A DNA stretch of 32,000 nucleotides from Mycolicibacterium smegmatis (GTDB taxonomy: Bacteria; Actinomycetota; Actinomycetes; Mycobacteriales; Mycobacteriaceae). Every line of letters begins with the position of its first letter. Within the stretch, counting starts at the first letter, position 1. Below, piece by piece: positions 24,540 through 32,000 of this stretch. The stretch lies in NCBI RefSeq assembly GCF_001457595.1, contig NZ_LN831039.1, positions 2,400,001-2,432,000 of the forward strand. Direction: 5' to 3'. The position numbers and the translations under genes are program-made. The notes beneath the pieces are model-generated. The model did not search any database and was not told the origin of the DNA. It saw nothing but the letters and a program-made list of their open reading frames with translations.

Positions 24540-25372
24540 GACCGCGCATCGTGCAGACCGACGAGCAGGTCGGCTTTCACTGGGCAACCCCGCACGGTCG
24601 TCCCACCACGTTGCGGCATCTGGTCGCCGCGGACGACGAACCGGCCCGGTTGGCCGCGACCCACCTGTCGGCGCTCGATGACACCCTGATCGACACAGCG
24701 GGACGGTTCGGGCAGGTGCTCGGTGGCGGGCGCCGCCCATCGGCGGACGAGTGGGAAACCCTCGCAGAGTTGTACCGCTGCCTGGACCGGTCGTGTCTCG
24801 AGTACGCCGAGGCCATCGCCGAGATCAACGTCGCACCGGATGTACGGGCGGGCAAGATCATCGGGACCGCGGTGCTGGTCTCGATCCTGGCCCGGCAGGC
24901 CCTCGGACTGCTGGGACCGGTCCCCCTGGACGGTGAACTCGACGAACCCACGCTGGGCGTGGTCGGGGGTTACGGCGAACTGGTTCAGGCCGATCCGGAC
25001 AAGCCGTGGAAGGGCGGCAGGTGGGTGGTGCGCACCGAGACCGGATCGAGGCTGCCGCTGACCCTGTCGATGCTGTTGTTCGACAGTTCCGGTGTGAACA
25101 AGGACGCCGCGCGTCGCGAGCACCGGGACCTCATCCGCGCCGTGATCGCGGCCGCGTCTGCGCCGCAGGCGGATCCGCTCGATGTCGCGAGCGCACTGGA
25201 CTGGCTGCTGTACGACTGGCTCATGGCGCACCGCACCGACCCCGACAGTGCCGAGATCGGGATGGTCGGTGACACCGCAACCCAGAATGACTGTGCGGCC
25301 GTGATCGTGGCTGCCGCGGCCGCGTCCGTGCGGGCGCGCGCCTGCGTCGATCCCGGACTGGCGCTCACATGA
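24536..25372 (+). CDS. Conserved hypothetical protein (278 aa), last gene of the huc transcription unit
   Basis: ATG 24536 overlaps the NHL gene stop (ATGA). GC3-rich. I recognise no motif. Confidence 0.65.
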   Translation: MRPRIVQTDEQVGFHWATPHGRPTTLRHLVAADDEPARLAATHLSALDDTLIDTAGRFGQVLGGGRRPSADEWETLAELYRCLDRSCLEYAEAIAEINVAPDVRAGKIIGTAVLVSILARQALGLLGPVPLDGELDEPTLGVVGGYGELVQADPDKPWKGGRWVVRTETGSRLPLTLSMLLFDSSGVNKDAARREHRDLIRAVIAAASAPQADPLDVASALDWLLYDWLMAHRTDPDSAEIGMVGDTATQNDCAAVIVAAAAASVRARACVDPGLALT

Positions 25373-25378
25373 TCCGCG

Positions 25379-26158
25379 CTAACGCCCCGCCGTGAGGAAC
25401 CGGCGCAACCAGTCGTACCAGGCCTCCATGCCCTCGCCCGTGCGCGCGCTGACCGGAAGGATCTCGGTGGTCGGATTGACCTCCCGCACACGGGAAGTGT
25501 AGGTCCGCACGTCGGCGTCGAGATGTGCGACCAGATCGATCTTGTTCAGCAGCACGACGTCCACGGCGCGGAACATCACCGGGTACTTCAGCGGCTTGTC
25601 CTCGCCTTCGGTGACCGAGTACACCATGACCTTGGCGTGCTCGCCGACGTCGAACTCCGCGGGGCACACCAGGTTTCCGACATTCTCGATGATCACCAGA
25701 TCGAGTCTGGTCAGGTCGAGGCCCTGCAGGGCACGGTTGACCATGGGTGCGTCGAGATGGCATTCACCGCCGAAACCGTTGGCGGTGTTGAGCAGCGAGA
25801 TCTGAGCTCCGCGGCCGCCGAGTTTCGCGGCGTCCAGGTCGGTTTCGATGTCACCCTCGACGATGCCGACGGAGACGTCGGCGCCGAGATCGTCGAGGGT
25901 GCGGGCCAGCAGCGTGGTTTTCCCGGAGCCCGGTGAACTCATCAGATTGAGTGCCCGCACACCGTGTTCGGCGAACAGGCCACGGTTGATGTCGGCACGG
26001 ATGTCGTTCTCGGCGAAGATCGATTCGAGCACCTCGATGCGCTCGGTGCCGGTCTGATAGCCGCTGTGATCCCCGTGAGCATGATCATGAACGTGACCAT
26101 CTTGATCATGATCGTGTGTGTGCACGGTGCCGTCGTCGTGGCGGTGAAATCTACCCAC
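25379..26158 (-). CDS. hypB: Hydrogenase nickel-insertion GTPase HypB with a His/Asp-rich N-terminus
   Basis: GTG 26158 follows AAAGGGG. Motifs present are the P-loop SSPGSGKTTLL, IIENVGNLVCPAEFDVGE and NKxD (LLNKIDL). The N-terminus is GRFHRHDDGTVHTHDHDQDGHVHDHAHGDH. Confidence 0.95.
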   Translation of the reverse strand: MGRFHRHDDGTVHTHDHDQDGHVHDHAHGDHSGYQTGTERIEVLESIFAENDIRADINRGLFAEHGVRALNLMSSPGSGKTTLLARTLDDLGADVSVGIVEGDIETDLDAAKLGGRGAQISLLNTANGFGGECHLDAPMVNRALQGLDLTRLDLVIIENVGNLVCPAEFDVGEHAKVMVYSVTEGEDKPLKYPVMFRAVDVVLLNKIDLVAHLDADVRTYTSRVREVNPTTEILPVSARTGEGMEAWYDWLRRFLTAGR

Positions 26159-26170
26159 AGTTGCCCCTTT

Positions 26171-26506
26171 TCACGTCACTTCCAGCGATGTCACGAGGAA
26201 TTCCTCGCCACCGACCACCGCCACGTCGCAGCTGTTGCACGACGGGCACAGGATCGACCACCGTGAGGTCAGCTCGTGGCGTTGACCGCACTGCCGGCAG
26301 TCGACGACACCGGGGACCACCTCGAGTTCCAGTGCGGCATCGGCAAGGTCGGCCTGATCACGGACGATGTTCCAGCAGAATGTGAGTGTGTCCGGGACGA
26401 CCTGGCGCAATGCGCCGACGCGAACCCGCACCACCTGCACGGATCTGCCCTTGGCATGTTCGTTCACAACGCCTGCGATGGCCTGGCACAACGACAATTC
26501 ATGCAC
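26171..26506 (-). CDS. hypA: Hydrogenase nickel metallochaperone HypA
   Basis: GTG 26506 gives the canonical MHE N-terminus (MHELSLCQAI). The zinc site is CRQCG ... CPSCNS. Its stop lies 12 nt upstream of the hypB start. Confidence 0.9.
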   Translation of the reverse strand: MHELSLCQAIAGVVNEHAKGRSVQVVRVRVGALRQVVPDTLTFCWNIVRDQADLADAALELEVVPGVVDCRQCGQRHELTSRWSILCPSCNSCDVAVVGGEEFLVTSLEVT

Positions 26507-26666
26507 GTGTCCGCGGCGCCTCCGATCGGTGTTCCGTAGCAGACCTTACTCCTGAATGTGTTTGCGGCGAAGTGGGTTCAGTTAATCGTGCCGAGGGACT
26601 AAGGTGATGACCAAGCCCGCGTGCCACAGCCCACCGCCGCGGGTGATCGAGTGGCCCAGGAGGCTG
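26507..26666. promoter_or_regulatory. Divergent hypA / hypF intergenic region (promoters inferred, not mapped)
   Basis: About 160 bp of non-coding sequence between two divergently oriented hyp units, locally less GC-rich (…GACCTTACTCCTGAATGTGTTTGCGG…GTTCAGTTAATCGTG…). I could not assign specific boxes. Confidence 0.3.
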
Positions 26667-28955
26667 ATGAGCGTCTGTTGTCGTGTGCGGCTACAGATCA
26701 CCGGCGTTGTGCAGGGGGTCGGTTTCCGCCCCGCCGTGGCACGTCTGGCACGTGACCACGGGGTCGGAGGCTTCGTCTACAACGACGCCGGCGCGGTGTA
26801 CTGCGAACTCGAGGGCCCACAGGACGCCGTCGACGTGGTGGTAGAAGCGCTGCAGGCGGATCCGCCGCCGCTCGCCCGCATCGACAGCATCTCGGTGCAC
26901 CCCGTCGCGCCCCTCGGCGAGCGGACTTTCGACATCGTCGAAAGCAGTACCGGGGACGCGGGAGAGCGCACGCTGATACCGCCGGACAGCGCGATCTGTG
27001 CCGACTGCCTCCGGGAGGTGCGTGACCCGGCGGACCGTCGCTTCGGCCACGCGTTCATCACCTGCACCAACTGCGGGCCCCGCTATACCGTGATCACCGA
27101 CCTGCCCTACGACCGTCCCGCCACCACCATGGCGCGGTTTCCCATGTGCGAGCGGTGCGCCGCCGAATACCACGATCCGGTCGACCGCCGGTATCACGCC
27201 CAGACCATCGCCTGTCCGGACTGCGGGCCGCGACTGTCGTGGAACGGCGACGAGCACGACGACCCGATCGGGGCCGCGGCAGCGGCGCTGCTGGCCGGCC
27301 GGATCGTCGCGATCAAAGGGATTGGCGGGTTCCATCTGGCGTGCGTGGCCACGGACACAACCACGGTGGCCGAACTGCGCCGGCGAAAGAACCGCCCGGC
27401 CAAGCCGTTCGCTGTGATGGTGGCCGACCTCGGTGCCGCGCGCCGCATCGCCGACATCAGCGCTGCCGCGGCCGCCGAACTCAGCTCACCCGCGGCCCCG
27501 ATCGTCCTGGTGCCCGGTCGCGACGACACCGTGCGGGACGCCGTGGCACCGGGTCTGCGAGACGTCGGCGTGATGCTCGCGTACTCGCCCGTGCACCACC
27601 TGCTCTTCGACAGGCTCGGCCCGGTGGTGCTCGTGATGACGTCCGCGAACGCCGGCGGATCCCCGATCGTCTACCGCGACGAGGACCTGCACTGGATCGA
27701 CGGCCTGGCCGACGCCGTGCTCAGCCACGACCGCCCGATCCATGTGCCGTGCGAGGATTCGGTGCTGACGGTCACCGACGACGGCCACACGGTGCCGATC
27801 CGCCGGTCGCGCGGTTTCGCGCCACTGCCGATGACCGTGCGTGTGCCAGGTCGTCGTGACGGTGGCGCACCGGTCATCCTGGCGACCGGAGGCGATCTGA
27901 AGACCACGTTCTGCCTGCTGGGTGGGGACGGACGGGCACACCTGTCCTCACACCTGGGCGATATGGCCGATCCGCGCACACAGCTGTGTTTCACCTCGGC
28001 CTACGCCCACGTGTCCCAGATGACCCGGCGGCGACCCGATCTCATCGCCTGCGATGCGCATCCGCGCTACGCCACCACCAACTGGGCGCTGCGGCAGGAC
28101 CTGCCGGTGTGGACCGTGCAGCACCATCACGCCCATGCGGCGTCGCTGCTCGCCGAACACGACCGGCTCGGCAGCCTGGCACTCGTGGTCGCCTACGACG
28201 GGACCGGCTACGGCACCGACGGAACCATCTGGGGCGGCGAGCTTCTGGCGCTCGGCGACCCAGCGACGTTCACCCGGGTCGGCCACCTCGGGGTGTTCAG
28301 CCTTCCCGGCGGTGACGGGGCCGTGCGCCAACCGGCGCGCATCGCGCTGGATCTGCTGCACCGCGCCGGAATCGAGTGGGATCCGGCGTTGCCGTGCGTC
28401 GCCGAACTCGACGCGAATGCGATGAAGATTCTGGCCCAACAGATTCCGCGGCAGTTCCGCTGCATACCCACCAGCAGCATGGGCCGGCTGTTCGACGCCG
28501 TGTCCAGCCTGTTGGGGGTGTGCCAGACCGTGACCTACGAGGGCCAGGCCGCGGTCGAACTCGAACACGTCGCGCGGTCGGGCCGGGCGGTGCCGATGGA
28601 TTTCGGTGTGCACGGCGGGATCCTCGACCCGCTGCCCCTGCTGGGTGACCTGGTCGCCGGACTGCGAGCGCGTACCGAGATCGCCGATCTGGCAGCCGGA
28701 TTCCACGCCGCGGTGATCCGTGCGACCGTCACGGCGGTCACCGACTGCGCGGAGTCGGCCGGCGTCGGGACGGTGGGGCTGACCGGAGGCGTGTTCGTCA
28801 ACCGGATCCTGCTCGACGGGTTGCGAGAAGAGTTGACCTCCCGGGGGTTGGAAGTGCTGACCCATGCCTGTCTGCCGTGCAACGACGGCGGCCTGGCGTT
28901 GGGACAGGCCGCGGTGGTCGCGGCCGGCGGGGGAATTCGGAAAGGAGAGGCCTGA
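26667..28955 (+). CDS. hypF: Carbamoyltransferase HypF
   Basis: ATG 26667 follows AGGAGG (26658-26663); the alternatives GTG 26604 and ATG 26607 would add ~21 aa. Recognisable parts are the acylphosphatase-like domain VQGVGFRP, two zinc-finger pairs (CADC...CTNCGPRY and CERC...CPDCGPR), the YrdC-like IVAIKGIGGFHLAC, and a Kae1-like C-terminal half. Confidence 0.9.
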   Translation: MSVCCRVRLQITGVVQGVGFRPAVARLARDHGVGGFVYNDAGAVYCELEGPQDAVDVVVEALQADPPPLARIDSISVHPVAPLGERTFDIVESSTGDAGERTLIPPDSAICADCLREVRDPADRRFGHAFITCTNCGPRYTVITDLPYDRPATTMARFPMCERCAAEYHDPVDRRYHAQTIACPDCGPRLSWNGDEHDDPIGAAAAALLAGRIVAIKGIGGFHLACVATDTTTVAELRRRKNRPAKPFAVMVADLGAARRIADISAAAAAELSSPAAPIVLVPGRDDTVRDAVAPGLRDVGVMLAYSPVHHLLFDRLGPVVLVMTSANAGGSPIVYRDEDLHWIDGLADAVLSHDRPIHVPCEDSVLTVTDDGHTVPIRRSRGFAPLPMTVRVPGRRDGGAPVILATGGDLKTTFCLLGGDGRAHLSSHLGDMADPRTQLCFTSAYAHVSQMTRRRPDLIACDAHPRYATTNWALRQDLPVWTVQHHHAHAASLLAEHDRLGSLALVVAYDGTGYGTDGTIWGGELLALGDPATFTRVGHLGVFSLPGGDGAVRQPARIALDLLHRAGIEWDPALPCVAELDANAMKILAQQIPRQFRCIPTSSMGRLFDAVSSLLGVCQTVTYEGQAAVELEHVARSGRAVPMDFGVHGGILDPLPLLGDLVAGLRARTEIADLAAGFHAAVIRATVTAVTDCAESAGVGTVGLTGGVFVNRILLDGLREELTSRGLEVLTHACLPCNDGGLALGQAAVVAAGGGIRKGEA

Positions 28956-29215
28956 TGTGTCTGGGAATACCCGGCAAGGTCGTCGCAGTGTGGGACGAAG
29001 CCGGAACCCGAATGTCCACGGTCGACTTCGGCGGCACCACCAAGACGGTCTGCCTGGCGTATCTGCCCGACATGCAGATCGGGGAGTACACGATCGTGCA
29101 CGCGGGCTTCGCCATCACCCGTCTGGATGAGGCCTCCGCACAGGAAACCCTGCGGATGTTCAAAGACCTCGGGGTGCTCGACGAGGAATTGGCCGAGGGG
29201 GTGGAAACGGCATGA
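28955..29215 (+). CDS. hypC: Hydrogenase assembly chaperone HypC
   Basis: ATG 28955 overlaps the hypF stop (TGATG) and follows AAAGGAGAGG. The N-terminus [10 protein letters not shown] is canonical. The product is 86 aa. Confidence 0.95.
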   Translation: MCLGIPGKVVAVWDEAGTRMSTVDFGGTTKTVCLAYLPDMQIGEYTIVHAGFAITRLDEASAQETLRMFKDLGVLDEELAEGVETA

Positions 29216-30315
29216 AGTACCTCGACGAGTTCCGTGACCCCGTCGCGGCGCGCACCCTGGTCGACCGCATCAACCGGGCCGCGACAAGAACCTGGACCAT
29301 GATGGAAGTCTGTGGTGGCCAGACACATTCGATCATCCGCAACGGCATCGACCAGCTCCTGGAGGGTTCCGTCGAGTTCGTGCACGGCCCCGGTTGCCCC
29401 GTGTGCGTCACGCCCCTGGAGGTGATCGACCGTGCGTTGGAGATCGCCGCGCGTGACGACGTGATCTTCTGCTCGTTCGGCGACATGCTGCGTGTGCCAG
29501 GAAGTCATCAGGACCTGTTCAGCGTCAAGGCCCGCGGCGGTGACGTGCGCATCGTCTACTCACCGCTGGACGCCACCCGTGTGGCCGCCGACAACCCGGA
29601 CAAGCAGGTGGTGTTCTTCGGGGTCGGCTTCGAGACCACCGCACCCGCCAACGCCATGGCCGTGGTGCACGCGAAACGTCTGGGCCTGAAAAACTTCTCG
29701 ATGCTGGTCTCACACGTGCTGGTGCCGCCGGCGATGACGGCCATCCTCAGTTCACCCAGCAACCGGGTCCAGGGATTCCTGGCAGCCGGGCACGTGTGCT
29801 CGGTGATGGGCACGTCCGAATACGGGCCTCTGGTGGAGAAGTTCGACGTCCCGATCGTGGTGACCGGATTCGAGCCGCTGGACCTGCTCGAGGGGGTGCG
29901 GCAACTCGTGGACCTGTTGGAGGCCGGTACACCGGAGTTGCGCAACGCCTATTCACGCGCCGTCACGGCCGAGGGCAACGTCTTCGCGCAGCAGACGCTG
30001 TCCGAGGTGTTCACGGTGACCGACCGGCAGTGGCGCGGCATCGGCATGATCCCGCGTTCGGGGTGGACGTTGTCACCGCAGTACGCGGAGTTCGACGCCG
30101 AACTGAGGTTCGGTGTCGGTCATCTGCAGGTCGCCGAATCGGCCGAGTGCCGCAGCGGCGAGGTGCTGCAGGGGCTGTTGAAACCCAACGAGTGCCCGGC
30201 CTTCGGCAAGACCTGCACACCGCGAAACCCGTTGGGTGCCACCATGGTGTCGAGCGAAGGCGCGTGCGCCGCGTACTACCAGTTCCGTCGACTCGAGGCG
30301 GCCGCTCATGTCTGA
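29212..30315 (+). CDS. hypD: Hydrogenase maturation factor HypD
   Basis: ATG 29212 overlaps the hypC stop (ATGA). Motifs CGGQTHSI and [10 protein letters not shown] are present. The product is 367 aa. Confidence 0.95.
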   Translation: MKYLDEFRDPVAARTLVDRINRAATRTWTMMEVCGGQTHSIIRNGIDQLLEGSVEFVHGPGCPVCVTPLEVIDRALEIAARDDVIFCSFGDMLRVPGSHQDLFSVKARGGDVRIVYSPLDATRVAADNPDKQVVFFGVGFETTAPANAMAVVHAKRLGLKNFSMLVSHVLVPPAMTAILSSPSNRVQGFLAAGHVCSVMGTSEYGPLVEKFDVPIVVTGFEPLDLLEGVRQLVDLLEAGTPELRNAYSRAVTAEGNVFAQQTLSEVFTVTDRQWRGIGMIPRSGWTLSPQYAEFDAELRFGVGHLQVAESAECRSGEVLQGLLKPNECPAFGKTCTPRNPLGATMVSSEGACAAYYQFRRLEAAAHV

Positions 30316-31381
30316 CGCACCGGTGACCATCGATCCCAGCGACTGGGTGTGCCCGCTGCCGCTGCGAGAGACCAAACGCATCGTGATGGGGCACGGCGGC
30401 GGGGGAGTGCTGTCGGAGGAACTGATCGAGAACCTCTTCCTGCCGGCCTTCGACACGGCCGACGCGGGACCGGCCCGAGACTCGGCGCTGTTAAAGGTCG
30501 GCGCGGGAACCGTGGCGGTGACCACGGATTCCTATGTGGTGCAACCATTGTTCTTCCCGGGCGGCGACATCGGCCACCTCGCCGTGAACGGCACCATCAA
30601 CGATCTGGCGTGCAGCGGTGCGCAACCGGTCGCCCTGACCGCGGGGTTCATCCTCGAAGAGGGCCTCGAGATCGACGTGCTCGGCGCGGTCGCGCAGTCG
30701 ATGGGTGCCGCAGCGCGGCACGCCGGCGTGCGGATCGTCACGGGCGACACCAAGGTGGTCGGCAAGGGCGGTGCCGACCAGTTGTTCGTCAACACCGCGG
30801 GTGTCGGCGTGGTCCCGCCGGGCGTCAGCATCGGCCCGGAACTTGTGCGCCCAGGCGACCACATCCTCGTCTCGGGCAACCTGGGCGAGCACGGTGTGGC
30901 GATCATGAGCGTGCGCGAGGGCATCGACTTCGGGACCGCGGTCACCACCGACAGCGCGCCGCTGCACCACCTGGTGGCGGCCATGCTGGCTACCGGCGAT
31001 CCCTCACACGTCCACGCGTTGCGCGACCCCACCCGGGGTGGTCTGGTGGCCTCGGTCGTCGAGATCGCGCGCGCCGCCCGGGTCGGCATGGAGCTCGACG
31101 AGGCGAACATCCCGGTGCCCGAATCGGTTTCGTCGGCCTGCTCGTTCCTGGGGCTGGATCCGCTGCAGGTGGCCAACGAGGGCAAGATCGTGGCCTTCGT
31201 CGACCCGGCGCACAGCGAGGCGATCCTGGAGACCATGCGGGCCAGGCCCGAGGGCGCGAACGCGGCGATCATCGGGCGCGTCGTCGAGGGCCACCCGGGA
31301 ATGGCGGTGGGCAAGACGCCGTTCGGCACCACCCGCGTGATCGAGCGCGAACTCGGCGAGCAGTTGCCCAGGATCTGTTGA
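30308..31381 (+). CDS. hypE: Hydrogenase maturation carbamoyl dehydratase HypE
   Basis: ATG 30308 overlaps the hypD 3' end by 8 nt. The layout is PurM/AIR-synthase-like, and the C-terminus is the canonical ...LPRIC. Confidence 0.95.
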   Translation: MSDAPVTIDPSDWVCPLPLRETKRIVMGHGGGGVLSEELIENLFLPAFDTADAGPARDSALLKVGAGTVAVTTDSYVVQPLFFPGGDIGHLAVNGTINDLACSGAQPVALTAGFILEEGLEIDVLGAVAQSMGAAARHAGVRIVTGDTKVVGKGGADQLFVNTAGVGVVPPGVSIGPELVRPGDHILVSGNLGEHGVAIMSVREGIDFGTAVTTDSAPLHHLVAAMLATGDPSHVHALRDPTRGGLVASVVEIARAARVGMELDEANIPVPESVSSACSFLGLDPLQVANEGKIVAFVDPAHSEAILETMRARPEGANAAIIGRVVEGHPGMAVGKTPFGTTRVIERELGEQLPRIC

Positions 31382-32000
31382 TCAGTCGCGCTCGTAGAAC
31401 CGACGCACCGTCTCGACCGTGTCGGCCTCGGCCGGGGACTTGTCGTCGCGGTAGCGCAGAACGCGCACGAACCGCAACGCCATGCCGGCCGGGTAGCGTG
31501 ACGATCGCTGCACACCGTCGAACGCGATCTCGACGACCTGCTCGGGGCGCAGGTGCACGACGTATCCGTCGGTGGGCCCGTCGGCCAATTCGAGGAACCG
31601 CTGGGTCTGCCATTCGAGCATCGCGTCGGTCATGCCCTTGAACGTCTTGCCCAACATGACGAACCCGCTGGAATCCGGATCCCGCGCCCCCAGATGGATG
31701 TTCGACAGCTTGCCCTGGCGGCGTCCCGAACCCCACTCGACCGCGAGCACGACGAGATCGAGCGTGTGGACGGGCTTGACCTTGAGCCATCCCGCGCCGC
31801 GCCGGCCGGCCTCGTACGCAGCGTGCGGTGACTTCGCCATGACCCCTTCGTGTCCGGCCGCCAGGGTGCGCTCCAAGAACTCCTGCGCCGCAACAGTATC
31901 CGTCGTCACGAGACGGTCCACACGCTGATCCTGCCGCACCAGCGCGTCGAGCGCGCCGAACCGTTCCTCGGTGGGCAGATCGAGCAGATCGCGGCCGTCG
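31382..32000 (-). CDS. ligB: ATP-dependent DNA ligase, C-terminal part (5' end lies outside the window)
   Basis: The reading frame stays open to the window edge. Sequence ...[11 protein letters not shown]...[17 protein letters not shown]...[12 protein letters not shown]...[15 protein letters not shown] contains the adenylation-domain end and the OB-fold motifs (V and VI-like) of ATP-dependent ligases. The ligB symbol comes from my recollection of mycobacterial synteny. Confidence 0.8.

Overview
High-GC actinobacterial chromosomal DNA, with GC3-saturated codons, frequent GTG starts and many ATGA/GTGA-coupled genes. Gene content and order match what I remember of the Mycolicibacterium (Mycobacterium) smegmatis huc locus; this is recollection, not a search result. 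The left half (1-16.6 kb) holds assorted redox and regulatory genes: a SnoaL-like fragment, a DinB-fold protein, an SDR epimerase/dehydratase, two luciferase-like (probably F420-dependent) oxidoreductases, a multi-domain PAS/GAF histidine kinase facing a receiver-only response regulator, a group-A FAD monooxygenase, a bicupin, an acyl-CoA carboxyltransferase beta subunit, a cytochrome P450, and an AraC regulator-cstA-ybdD unit. The right half (16.8-31.4 kb) is a complete uptake [NiFe]-hydrogenase system of the Huc type (group 2a, cytosolic). It comprises hucM-hucS-hucL, an endopeptidase with an unusual C-terminal extension, and five tightly coupled accessory genes of unknown function (small CxC protein, TPR-like protein, Nfu-Rieske fusion, six-bladed NHL propeller, 278-aa orphan). 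These are followed by inverted hypA-hypB and by hypF-hypC-hypD-hypE, which abut the 3' end of an ATP-dependent DNA ligase (ligB-like). I recognised no rRNA, tRNA, CRISPR array, transposase or integrase. The most interesting unexplained content is the five-gene accessory block and the extended protease inside the hydrogenase locus. Where my start codons differ from the ORF track, I chose them from RBS and overlap context, and they need experimental or comparative confirmation.
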